NCBI GenBank assembly: GCA_036172245.1
Contig: JAYWIR010000018.1
Location: forward strand, 930,001-994,000
Reading direction: 5' to 3'
DNA: 64,000 nt
Source of the DNA: Raillietiella orientalis
Lineage: Eukaryota
Shown: piece after piece, positions 51,921-64,000 of the stretch
Layout: every line of letters begins with the position of its first letter
How positions within the stretch are numbered: position 1 is the first letter of the stretch
Translations under genes and position numbers: made by a program
Notes under the pieces: model-generated
Told to the model about the DNA's origin: nothing
Seen by the model: the letters and a program-made list of their open reading frames with translations, nothing else
The model's database searches: none

Positions 51921-54900
51921 GTTTTGTATTCATTTATTTTGCATTGCATCAATGCTGCCATGTCTTTATCTTGTAAAGAAGGGTTGAAAAAGCAGTTTTG
52001 AGTACTTGAAATATAACCAGCAGGATTTAGTAGAGGATTTAAAATTTTCAAATTAGTAAAAACTTATTAATAATTTTCAGCATTTTGTGCAATCATATAC
52101 CATATACATTAGCATTAATAATGTAATGTACTCAATTTTTATATTTCATTTGCGATATGTGGAAACCTCATTTCCACTGGCAGAATTCACTGCAGGATAG
52201 CTTTATATCTCCACTTGCTTCATACTCCAAAAATTAGAGTAGGGTGGAGGAGCATCAACATTGTCATTGCTATCTAGATGCATAGAAACAGCAAAATACG
52301 TAGTGCCCTCATATCGTTTGTAGGGTCCGTTTTCCTATTTGTGATGATGAATTTATTTTTCCTTTTTTTTGTTTTTTCTCCTAGAGTCCAATGAAATTTG
52401 CTTTTTGGGTACTTTTTTAAGGCAACCCTATGCATCGATTGATGATAAAGCTTACATAATTTAAGAGGGTTCTGAAAAACTAGGTCTAAGTTTAGTGATA
52501 AACTTTCTTCATCTTGTGCTTTGCTATGTTTCAGTTTTATGCATGAATCATACATTATGCCAGTTTATGCAGTAAGAAAAAAGCATTACAAAATGTCCAA
52601 AAGCATTTTCCAGTGCTTTTTTACTGTTGCACTGCAGCAGATGGCAAACTTACCAATCAACAAATATTTTCAATTTTTTTGTAAATCATGAAACAGAATG
52701 AGTTTCTCAGCATTAGAGGTATGAATTTCAAGTATGGAGTCAAGTGGGAGGGAGTAATGCATTATCTGTTTACTTCAGAATAATTTAAAGCTATTTTAAA
52801 ATATTCATTGAGAAAGAAGGTTGATAGTGGTGAAAACAAATAGAGAATTAATGTTGCTCTGAAGATATTATAATCAAGTGTGGCAGCAGTAAATTTCGTT
52901 TCTAATGTGTATAAATACAAGAAAATGATTATGATTATTGGTAGGGTGTTTATCATCAATTAGATCATATTATCTCGTTTTGAATTGGTCTTAGATTCTA
53001 CAAGTTTCAGTTTGATTGTATGAAATTATGAATGATTGATATTTTTTCATCTGTAATTTATATTTATAGGAAATTTCCAGTTTATTTTTTCATTTTATTC
53101 AAACATATAATTTGATTTGAAATTGTATTTTGTTGCCATATATTATACATACGAATACATTATAAAACAGGCACATGTTTTTCTTTTTAATTTTTATTGA
53201 AGCACTTGAACTCACTAAATGGACAGTCATTTCCTTTTGATATACAATTTGAAAGATCAGATTTTAAGGCGCAGAGATGTATAAATCCAGAAACTTTGAC
53301 TAAAGGGGGTAATACATAGTCGCACAGCTACAAACAGAAACTAAGAGCATATTGCTCATAATTAAATGCAAAGATATGTTTTGATTTTTTGTAGCCTGCA
53401 AGCCAGAACTAGAGAATCCTGATAAAACAGATAACTGGCTTCACAATGATTAATGTTCAAGGATCTAAGTTAGCAAGATGCAGTGAAGAAATCAGATTTC
53501 AAATTTCCTCTTAAGAAAAGATACATAAATAAAAACTGATGATTGATTTATGAAAGTTTCAGCATATAAAAGGAAACTAAGACTTGATGAACTCATTGAA
53601 TGCTATTGACAAGAATTGCTAACCATTTTTAGTTGTTAATTGCCTTTTGCTCTTGTGGTAGTATCCTCCCAGAGAAAAATTCTGTTGCGAATGAGAAAGG
53701 TAATGAATGCAGATAAGTGCATTCAGCATCTTCACTGTAATTTGTAGGTAATAAAGGAATGTCAACTTAGGAAACTCTTAGTTATTATGAATCATTGTCG
53801 TCTACAAATACAAAAATGGATCTGTTAGTGAAATGCGAATGCATTTTCCAGCATTTACAATGGACTGAAACAGCCATATTCATCGATTATTGAAAAGAAC
53901 ATTTTATGTTAAATGTAGAATGAGATTCTTTAAGGGAGAAAACACTGAAGGCATTTATAAGCCAGGTTTTAGTTCATCATTTGAACATAATGAAGTTTAT
54001 ATAAGTGATTCATGATATCAGCTTAATTTTAAGGTTTTTGTTTGAAATGTGAAAACTCGGAAGTATGAGGGAAAAATACAAGTTTTCTAGATTCTTTTAG
54101 TTTTATGTGTTTTCCAAAGACTCAACCTTTTTTGTAATTTTTTCTCAAACTGTTGGAGAGCCTCATTTGTTTAATGAAATAAATTACTCCCTGAGATAGA
54201 TCACAATTTGGCTGCAGTTGCTATTTCATACAACGATGTTGATTCAAGGTGGATGATTTATATGATTAATATCATCTTTAAGGATACTAAACTTGAACGT
54301 CACTGAACAGAAAGGAGTGTTACAAAAAAACAAAAACAAAAAAAAGGGGATTTGATGATTCGAAAACATCAATCTCAAACTTTTCATGCATATTTGTTTT
54401 TTCTATTATCATTGATTAAAGGATTTTTTGTGTATTTGAAATTATGTATCCAAGAAATAGTGATAATGAAATAAGATATGTGAACCCCACTGTGTACAGG
54501 AGTGTAGTCATTCAATGGGAAATCACAGAATCTCGAAAGCTGATTGTTAGCGAGAAGTATTAAGAAATTGTTGGCAGGAAAGCAAATGTATCCAAGATTT
54601 AAATCCTCCGAGTTATTTAAGCTTATAGGCTTTGTAAAACTGGTCCTAATTTTCTGCAAGTTTCTTAAATATATTTAAATCTTTTTTGTGCTGGACCAGG
54701 GAACTAGATGCAGGATGCCTCAAGAAAGACTGATTTTGTTTTTTGGAAATCAAAATGTGGAAATGTGTAAGCACAGAATTATGTAGGAAACACTTGACAG
54801 AATATTAGTCAACAGAATGTGGATAGACGAAAAGGCTGAAAAGTGTAAATGTAAATATAAATGTTCTTTGTAGGCATGTTTCCATTTGAGAAAGTAAAGA

Positions 54901-56738
54901 AGAATCCTGTCATCCTGTTGAATAAGCTACATGGACGTATACATATTCAGATTTGTTTTCTGTTTGCTAATACAAGATAATTTGACGTAAGCAATTATTG
55001 ATGGTTCATTTATTTTAGGATGCTAAAATTCATGTTTTTGAGGCATATGATCCAGAATTTTATTATGGTTTTGTACATTTACAATAAATGAAATGGAGAG
55101 TACAAAAATTATGCAGAGATTGTAAAAATTTATCCTGGGGATATTCTAATGACAGCATTAAATTATTCATATTAATTGTTCAGAATTCAATCATGTAATT
55201 TATCCTTCATTTAAAAGAAAATAATCCGTCTAATAGAGAGTTAAACTCTTTCAAATCAACTGTGGAAAGCAATCAGAGCTGAAGGAGTTAATTTTTTGAC
55301 ATGAAACTGTTTGAAATACAATGTATTACTTCCTATGTACCTAATTTTGAAACAGTTGTGAATTCGTGTTATTGTACACTTTCTGAAAATTAAGGATCGA
55401 AATCAATAGTATTTCAAACATTGAAGGAGATATTGTGAGTTCTGAACTTTGACTCAAATTTTTGGATTTAGCTGAAAGTGTAGCACTGTGCAACTGGGTG
55501 TTTGAATGATAGCATCCAAGCACATTCCAAAATTTATTGTGTACTAATTCCAAAAATAATGAATAATTTTGAAAGTTTAAGCAAAAGTATAGAGAATATA
55601 GAGGCTTGTTTTAGTAGTATTTTACATAAAATTGTAATAAAGTTAACTTAATTTTGCAACTTTGCAAATTGAGTATCAATTTAGTTCCTTAAAAGAGGAT
55701 TCATTTTCTCCTGGCAAATTGTTATATTTTAGATAAACTATGGCGATTACTAGGAACATGTATTGTAATCATACGAAAATTTACCTGCTATGTATGGATT
55801 ATGTGGACGTAACCAACAATACAACAATATTTTGCCATATAAATGCAACACAGTTGATCAGAATGCTGTTTAGGTATGATAAAAACAACACTGCAGGGAG
55901 TTGTAAACTGAGGCATGTTTCAATTAACGATACAGTTTTCACCTTTACAGATATTTCAAAGAAAGTTTTAATGAGGGATGTTCTTTTTTGATTTTACTTG
56001 ATACAGATTTGTATTTTAAGTCCAATTTTGTTGTGTTCCATCAGATTTATAAATCTCTTGAGTGTTACTGAGATTTGGGGTTAGATGGACTTCTGCACAC
56101 GTGTGAATCATCTTTTTTCTCTTTATAATGAGCATTTGGATTTGTGCATTCTGTAGGAATCATTCTTAGATCTCTGTATTTCTTTTTTGTATTTTTTTCC
56201 TGAATGTGCTGTAAGTGGCTTTTTGAAAAATATTTGTCTCGATGATGTAATTATAAAAAACAGAGTCAAAATGAATTATTATTATTAAAATTATGTGATT
56301 GACTTTGCAGTATTCAGAATGGAATGCATCAATTTTTGAAGTTGTTCAGAAGTACATATTTCTAAAGATAACCCAACTTATTGAGCATTTCCTTGGGCAC
56401 AAAAATGTGAAACTTAATTTTGAAAATTAATCTGGAGATTTAGAAAAAAATCAAGATATCACATTGTCTATATTTCTGATGCTCTACAGAAATCAAAATA
56501 GTGTAAATAATTTACTAGTACGATGGAGAGTTGCATGATGATTTATTAAACGGATTGCTCTCCGATGATTATGTATCAATGTTGTGAATTATTTTTTCCG
56601 ACTTGTTTTGTTGTCAATAATATCATTGCCATTATTATTGATTTTATGTGGCTGTTTTAACCTTTTATGATTATGAACTCCTCATATTTTAAAATAACTG
56701 AAATAGTTTCTCATATTTAACAATATTTTTGGGAATAG

Positions 56739-56840
56739 GAGTTTGCTGCATTAACCAAAGAAGTAAATCAAGCAAGAGAAAGTCTTTTAGAGAAAGAAGA
56801 AGAAATTGCAGAATTGAAAGCAGAACGCAATAATACACGG
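56739..56840 (+). CDS. Liprin-alpha: Liprin-alpha coding exon 2 ([34 protein letters not shown])
   Basis: AG/GT bounded, 102 nt, phase 0. Conserved EFAALTKE...[15 protein letters not shown]. Confidence 0.95.
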
Positions 56841-57130
56841 GTATTTTCATATTTCTTTTACCATCGTCCAAAAGATATTCAGAACATGCTTTCACTATGA
56901 ATTCAAATATTTGAAATTTCTATTTAACATTCATGTTGAATTTTGGTGTTGCCTTTTATTTTAGAATCTTCTTGCTTAGCACTGTTTATTCATGAATAGA
57001 TTTATAAAGACATTTTCTAGTAAATTGCATAGCACAGAATCATGTGAAAAAGTCTAGACAGTATACCATATTACCTAAGTCACGATAATTATTGCAAATA
57101 CTTTGTTGTACTTTATTATTATCAGTATAA

Positions 57131-57322
<192 letters not shown>

Positions 57323-58032
57323 TGATACTGCAATGTTGATGATGATCAGAAAATTTAATGCTTTGCCTTTGCACTAATGAGAATGAGTCTCATGTATCTT
57401 GAGAACTAGATAACTGAACAAATTTCAGAAATATAGAAAGTGACTGTCAAGTAATTGTATTTAGAAGCAAACATGTATCGCACAAATCATTTAAAAATGC
57501 CATGTAATCTTCTGCCCATATATTTTGCCTGTGAAGATGAGTTTTGGATTGCACATTGTTATTAAGCACAGAACAGTCTGTTATCATGCTGAAATTCTTC
57601 TCGCATTAAAACAAAAAACACATGCTCTTTGGTATCCCTAATTATTTAGAATTATAATTGACATCGCCGAAGAAAAGTGATATTTCGAAATGGAGATGTA
57701 ATCATTTGATGTTATCATTCTACTCACATCTTTGGTCGGAATAAAATTTTCTGTAGATTGCATGTTCCATTCAACAGCTACTAATGCAAGTATATTAAAT
57801 ATATGTGCAGTTTTCTTAGCAGTGAACACAACATTTGTGTAAAATCATACTTCATCAGGATCTTTGATAGAGTGTGATTATCACAAAACATCTGTGTAAG
57901 ATCCATATAGAGAACACTAATAATTAGTCTAGCTGTCGAATTGATCGAGTACAAGGAAACAATGATCTTTATTGCACAATTTAGTCATGGTTTTTATCTA
58001 ACCTTAATGGTATTTTCATTTTTATCAATTAG

Positions 58033-58107
58033 GTAAGGGAACGACTACGAGCATCCCTTGAAAGAGAATCACAACTAGAAGAGGAATTGTCTCGATCCAA
58101 ACAAGAG
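58033..58107 (+). CDS. Liprin-alpha: Liprin-alpha coding exon 4 (VRERLRASLERESQLEEELSRSKQE)
   Basis: AG/GT bounded, 75 nt. The VRERLR motif continues from ALDEK as in known liprin-alpha proteins. Confidence 0.93.
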
Positions 58108-58619
58108 GTAATTAGTATGTTGCATTGTTATTTGAAGTATAAAATTACGAAAACCTTGAGTACAAACATGAAAAGCGTGTACGACGGGCAAACTTTGAGA
58201 AAGTGAATAAGTAGTACACCACGTTCATTAAATTTTTGAATGGAATAAAAATGTGAACTTTAATTAAGCTCTATGTAAGCTTGATATTCATATTCTTTAT
58301 TAATAAGTAATGTTAGTTTTGTTCATATTTGTGGCAGATGTAACCCGTTTCCATATCCAACTTTGAATCATATTTTAGCATCATTTTGTCGATATAGACT
58401 TTGTGTGTATGTGTATGTGTGCACTCTAAAAGCTGTGCTGGTTCGCCACTTGAACTCCCTAAACAGCTGGTCAGTTCCATGTGTGGTTATTTATGCAACT
58501 CTTTGCTTATGTGGGAGGAATACTATTGGGTGGTGGATACCTTTAACACTTCTCTTAGACTTTATGTTATGTTTTAAGTTGAAGACCATGCACGATTTTT
58601 ATCCAAAAGTAATCATGCA

Positions 58620-60290
58620 TGCTATTTGAAACTGCTATTTGAAAGTTTTGTGAATCTTCTGGAAAGCCTATAGGTTGCATGACCGATTTGTGAGCTAGCA
58701 TCTGGGCTCTCCAAGCCGTTTACTTTTTGTAACACTGGGATCCGAATGACTTCTTGTTTTTGGTGCGGTTCTCGAAACTTTTGTGAAGTTGTAATCAACT
58801 TCCAACTATGAAGCACGATGATTGGAATCTACAAGCTCCCATGCTTATAAGTGAACTATGAAGATTCATCGTACTTAACTTCCAGTTATGCAAAGGAGGC
58901 CACCATTGCACAGGCTGTTAGTTTTGAGGAGAGCTTTAATATTAAAGGCATGTATACGAAGTGTGCGTAAATTCGTCTACTGTCTTTAGTAATCTTTTTC
59001 CGTTTCGGATTTCAGCAATGATATTTTTAATCAATAATAATAATCCTTTTCTAAAATATCAAACATAAGTAAGGAAAAGAAAAGGAATCTGTAGGATGCG
59101 CACCAGCAATTTAATTCTGCTTGGACTCGAGAATTTTTCTTCCTGGGAGTAAATGGGCAAACATTTCTTTCTGCTACCATGGAAAGGCATTACAGAGCAG
59201 GCAGAAAGTCTTACCGATGAAGCTCTCAATGTGAAAATGTAAACTTTGGAACAAACTCTGGAAGTGCAACACTGACAAAATGACCGAGCGGCTACACGTT
59301 TGATCACAAAACCTTGAATCGAAAATCACAATATATTGTTCCAGGCTACGCAGTTAGTGGGGCAATCGAACGTTTAGACATTCTCGGGAGGATAGTTTGT
59401 GAAAACATGCCTTGTAACAACTGATGAGATTTTAAGCCTGGGCAAGGTCAAGTTCTGTCAAAATATTAGGAGATTTCTATCTAAATTAGATGGGCATTTT
59501 CAGTTGCCTCAGTGAAGCGTTTTTCGGAACTCAAAGAAGGGGATTAAGTTATTTATGGATAAAGGTAATTTGGTCTCGGGAATGTAATTGAACGATTGGC
59601 TTTGTGACCTAGCATTTCTCTTAGATATTACTACCTGTTTAACAGAACCGGATATCGAACTTAAGGGTTCTATGCAGTTAGTCGACTCGCCCTATTGAAA
59701 TATCAGTGGCCAATTTCAAAAACAGTGGCTCTTCAACAAAACTTGAATTTTGAGAAATCTAGCTTTTTAAAAGCGACTTAACACATCTTTGCACGCTGCA
59801 GTCAATAATTCCAACATCTTATGTGAAATATGGGTAGAAACGTCGAGAACTTAGAGAATAATTTGAGAACAAGTTTGCAGTATTCAAGGAAGTTGAGATG
59901 GAACTTTAGTTATTTTCTACTTCATTCTTGGTGGCTTTTAGAATTTTCAGCTTGAATCAGTTTAACAAGCTGATATTTTACTTACGACTGAATTCAGTTC
60001 AGTTGCACTGTCCGAATTCTGTGAGACCTGTGTTCCTATAGAAAACTGCCCTTTTATAAAAAAATTAAAAAAAACGGCCTTTAACGATGTGTGCCCAATT
60101 CAGAAATCACCATTGCAAACTGGAAAGATAGTACTACTTGGAGATGAAAATCTTCAAGACCAGTCCCGTATTTCTCAATTCTGTGCTCATACAGACACGC
60201 CTTCACAAGAGAAATGCATATAGAAATCTCATGAAAATGCATTTCTAATCAACAGTAGTGGTAAACGATCAATTAATAAAAATCAATATT
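58620..60290 (+). mobile_element. Decayed hAT (Charlie/SPIN, GTF2IRD2-like) transposase in a liprin-alpha intron
   Basis: WLCDLAFLLDIT...IELKG from 59597; FENKFAVFKEVEMEL*LFSTSF near 59862; QLE...F...LSEF further on. Multiple stops and frameshifts. Confidence 0.72.
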
Positions 60291-60849
60291 TTATATCATT
60301 TTGTTTAATTATTTTTTTATTGGCATACGCATTACAAGAAGGGTGATTAATGCCATAAAGCATATGTGATAAATTTAAATTAATTTTATGTTGCTTTATT
60401 AAATGTTTTTGCAACCACAAGCACAGGGAACTCTAATAATATACTTGTCTACTTGAGACATTATGAATAACAAAATTGAATACATCTGAAAATTTGATCC
60501 AGTTGAGAAATGAGCGATTACGAGGGTTTTATTTAGAGTTGTAAACTTTTGGTTTCTCCTCCATAATTTCTTTGTTTAATGTTTCATGAATGTGTTTTGT
60601 ATTAGAAGAAGCATATATTTGTATCTTTTTTTCATTTTCCTTTAAGTCCATTCCCAACATTCGCAATTCTTTTAAGATAATTAAACAACAACAGCTGGAG
60701 CAATGAAATCAACATTTATATAACATAAAAAAAATTCTGAATATTGAAAAATCGGCTGTTATGAATTTTAAATTTAACAAATTGGCATCCGTTTTGTACC
60801 ACATTGTAGTTGTAGCACATGTTTTGTGCGGACGTTTGCCTCATTAGGG

Positions 60850-62450
60850 TTTTCTCATGGTTCATATGAAGTACACCAACTGTTCTACGTATCATATATT
60901 TCTCTTTTCTAAGGAAGGAATTACCATTAGAGCTTCAACACTCAGTCCATCCATCTACAGCTTGAGGTTTCATACTTATCAGTTACATGTAAACAAAAGA
61001 AGTCCATAACTGGCGGATATTTAGGAAAGGATGCATAAGTGCAATAGGTGTGTGATAGAGAAGGATCGAAATTTTAAGATCCTTGACAAAACAGACTCTG
61101 AAATAAGCCTGAAATAATAAATTGTGTTTAGAAATAAGTCTTTCTTTTGGCACGTTACTTATCAAGAACAGCTTGTACCCATCTCAGTTTGTTATTGAAG
61201 ATTAAACATACTATTAAAGTTTGACTAGCAATTTTCAGTCAGATACCGTATAATCTCCAACTTTGGAGCATTTCGATATGGACACCAATAGGTAATTGAA
61301 GTTGCTTATGCAAATGTCGGTAAAGTTTCACTAAAAGCGATTCCTGGAGTATGGTATGCGGATATGGATTAGATTGCTTTGATCTTTGCACGAAAAAGTA
61401 CGGAACTCTGTGTCACTATGCTTTACTCATATCAGTTTCTTAAAGAATCATTCAAGCTTCAGTGTAGCCAAGTTGGTAATGAAACACTTAGCTCTCACCG
61501 AAAGTGGCCGGATTAATGCCTCTTTTGTAACCTCCTGTTTTAAAATGGGCACATCTTCATCCTGGAGTGAATTTCTTAGTAGGAAAGTAACTTGAAATTC
61601 ACTTTAAACAAAGAAAACATGTATCTTCACGAATGCTGGATAGTCTACTTGAGTGGCAAAAATGTAGCCAGGTTTTAAACTGCTTGTGTTGGCATTTCCA
61701 CTAGTATTCCACTTACCAAATTTGAGTCTTCAAAAATAAAAACTTTGCCACTATCCCAGTTTTATAGAACTTGTGATAGTGAGTCAAGAATTTTCTAAAA
61801 ATTTATACTACTTTGAAGCCTTCCGGTATGTGTTGAACAAAAGCTATTCTGGAAGTTGCAGATGTAGGACCTAGCACCACCAGTTCTTTATAAAGTTCTA
61901 AAGACTCTATAATTTCAAAAAGCCTGCCCCTCCACGACGTCTTTCAAAAATGCCAAGATTGAGTATGAAGATTTTTGATTAGAAATTCATTTGTAGTATC
62001 TGTCGTTATGTTGCATAGTTGTTGACTAGTAAGAAATAATCATATAAGCGAAATTCTGCAAATAATGTACAGTTTTTGATTTAGATCAATTTGGGAATGC
62101 ATCAGTTTTGCAGTTTGATTTCCAAATTTCAGAACTCTATTTTAAGTATGCATATAAAAATTTATGTAGCATGAATTTTTCACAGCTCTTGGCTGGATAC
62201 TTCGATATTTGCAAAAGTACACAAATTGTTCGATATTTTTCTTTCATATCCATATATTTTTGTTTTTAGATTCACCATCCCCAAGAGCAAGTCGTTTTAT
62301 TGTGTTATACTGCACCTTACTTTTTGCCATCACAAATTACTTATGATTTAATCTTTTTCATGGCTTCAGTGAGAGAAATAATTAAAGCTGGGTTTTTGCG
62401 AATTCCCTTTACCAGATTCCTCTAAAAATTATCGGGTATAATTAGCTACT
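60850..62450 (-). mobile_element. Possible decayed I-clade LINE RT in a liprin-alpha intron
   Basis: LISKHNLLFQAYF..CFVKDLKISILLYHT resembles GLIFD.KL.F..HI...C.K.LNIL..LSHT; weak APG.DG-like remnant near 62280. Confidence 0.3.
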
Positions 62451-63258
62451 AATAGTAGCCTTAAATGTGCTTAAGGTGCTGGTTGATTATGAACTGATGC
62501 TGTTTCTTGCAGTTATTATATTTACAGGATTGTGTTTTGTGGAATTCGTTTTGTCATTCTGTCATAACACTTATTCAAACCTTAGTGGCTCCAAAGTTCG
62601 TGTGTTTGTCATTGAGGTTGTTTTGGACTATACTACCTTTTGAAATCCTGTGTTATGAGCGATTCAAATGTTGGAAAAGATGATCAAAGCTATCAATAAA
62701 ACCGAAAAACAATTTCCTGACTGGTTTCAGTTTTGCCATTGTGATTCTTTATGATCTTCAGCAAATGCTTAAAATTTTTGCCTTTGTACCTACCAGTTGC
62801 TTTCAATACCAAAGCAGAATTCATTGGACATTTTTGCATCTATTAATCGATTAATTAAGTCTGATAATATTAAAAGTAATCCAAGTACATGTTTTATGAA
62901 CGTACTGATACCTTTTCAAATTTCATAATGAACCAAATTTTGGATTTGAATAATTAATTTCGAATTTCATGATGTTACTATGCTTTAGTGGAATGACCAT
63001 GAAATGGTATGTTTGTTATATTATGTGGTAATTGGAATATTATATTGATAAGTGAATAAACCCAACACGGATGTGAATCATTTGCATAAACAGTCAAATT
63101 TTTTTTCAATAAAAAGTACCATGTTTGTTCATTTAGAGAATTTTTGTAAGTTGGTTATCCATTGTAACAATCATACTTGATTTTTGTAAGACATTAAAAT
63201 TGTTTTTATTATTGTTTTTAGCCTACATGCATGTAAATCATTTGTGACTTTTTTATAG

Positions 63259-63360
63259 CTCCAGGCCCAGAAACTAATACATTGTGAATCCTTGGCAAAG
63301 GAAGGGAAAGAAAATGGCGAATATAAATTAAATGAAGACTCTTCAGAGGGTGTTTCCAAG
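63259..63360 (+). CDS. Liprin-alpha: Probable liprin-alpha coding exon 5, variable linker (LQAQKLIHCESLAKEGKENGEYKLNEDSSEGVSK)
   Basis: ttttttatag acceptor, AAG|gttcgt donor, 102 nt, phase 0, open and purine-rich. Falls in a poorly conserved region, so homology support is weak. Confidence 0.7.
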
Positions 63361-63785
63361 GTTCGTGTATATAGTTTGGTGTTTACTTAGTCCTAATCCT
63401 CGTATTTTAGTGCCAATTTTTGTTTTGCAGATATATGTCATCCCATTGCACATCAGCAATTTATTCTGCTTGTTTTTTTTAGGTTAATCATATAGCATTT
63501 AAAATATTTAGAACTCGGAAATATTTATATGTTTACAAATATATATTTTTCTTATCAAATTTGCACAGATTTTGCTTTGTTTTCATAGTTTTTATTCTGA
63601 ACTTGTGCTTTTACTTTGTGATTCAATGAAACTGTTTCCATGTATATTTGATTGGATTGAAAGTGCTGAAGCACTTCTTATTTCACGTTAAAAAGCATTA
63701 AGAATTTGTCTTTGATCTCTTTGCTGATTACATAATGTATACAGAGATTGAATTTTTTAAATCTGGAATTACAAATTGATTTTAG

Positions 63786-63926
63786 CGATCAGTTGATGCA
63801 TCAGAGAAGATTTCAGAATTGGAAGAAAAGTTGTTGGCTGTGCAGAGAGATCTTTTGAAATCACAGGAGCTAAATTCACGTTTACAACAAGATTTACAAG
63901 AGCATGCTGCACAGAAACAAGATCAA
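63786..63926 (+). CDS. Liprin-alpha: Liprin-alpha coding exon 6 (RSVDASEKISELEEKLLAVQRDLLKSQELNSRLQQDLQEHAAQKQDQ)
   Basis: ttttag acceptor, gtatga donor, 141 nt. Corresponds to KISELEE...KLQRDLRE..AQKEDQ in fly and human proteins. Confidence 0.9.
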
Positions 63927-63974
63927 GTATGAGATTTTACCTTGTAATGTCTTATAAATTCGCATTTGTAATAG

Positions 63975-64000
63975 GAAGAAAGAATAACCACCCTAGAGAA
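63975..64000 (+). CDS. Liprin-alpha: Liprin-alpha coding exon 7, runs off the window (EERITTLE...)
   Basis: taatag acceptor followed by the conserved EERITTLEK motif. Confidence 0.9.

Overview
Animal genomic DNA, most likely arthropod and plausibly chelicerate (inferred from the proteins and transposon types; no database search was run). Two host genes lie head-to-head. (1) brain tumor (brat), a TRIM-NHL translational repressor on the minus strand: single-exon 798-aa CDS at 21097-23493 with RING, two B-boxes, coiled coil and NHL propeller, a ~2.2 kb 3' UTR and a spliced non-coding leader. (2) The 5' part of liprin-alpha (PPFIA/syd-2) on the plus strand: seven coding exons from 51675 to the window end. 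Positions 1-18.4 kb and 26-47 kb are packed with heavily decayed non-LTR retrotransposons (L1/Tx1-like, I/Jockey-like, RTE-like and three RLE-type NeSL/Utopia-like C-termini). A hAT transposase remnant sits in a liprin intron. Almost all other ORFs in the track are shadows of GC-rich decayed elements. At ~47-49 kb the sequence switches sharply from CpG-rich and homopolymer-rich to AT-rich, CpG-poor and homopolymer-poor. I found no tRNA, rRNA, CRISPR array or clearly novel multi-gene system. The best leads are the RING-bearing Brat, the cluster of off-target RLE retroelements and the compositional boundary. Transposon boundaries are approximate and were read by eye.
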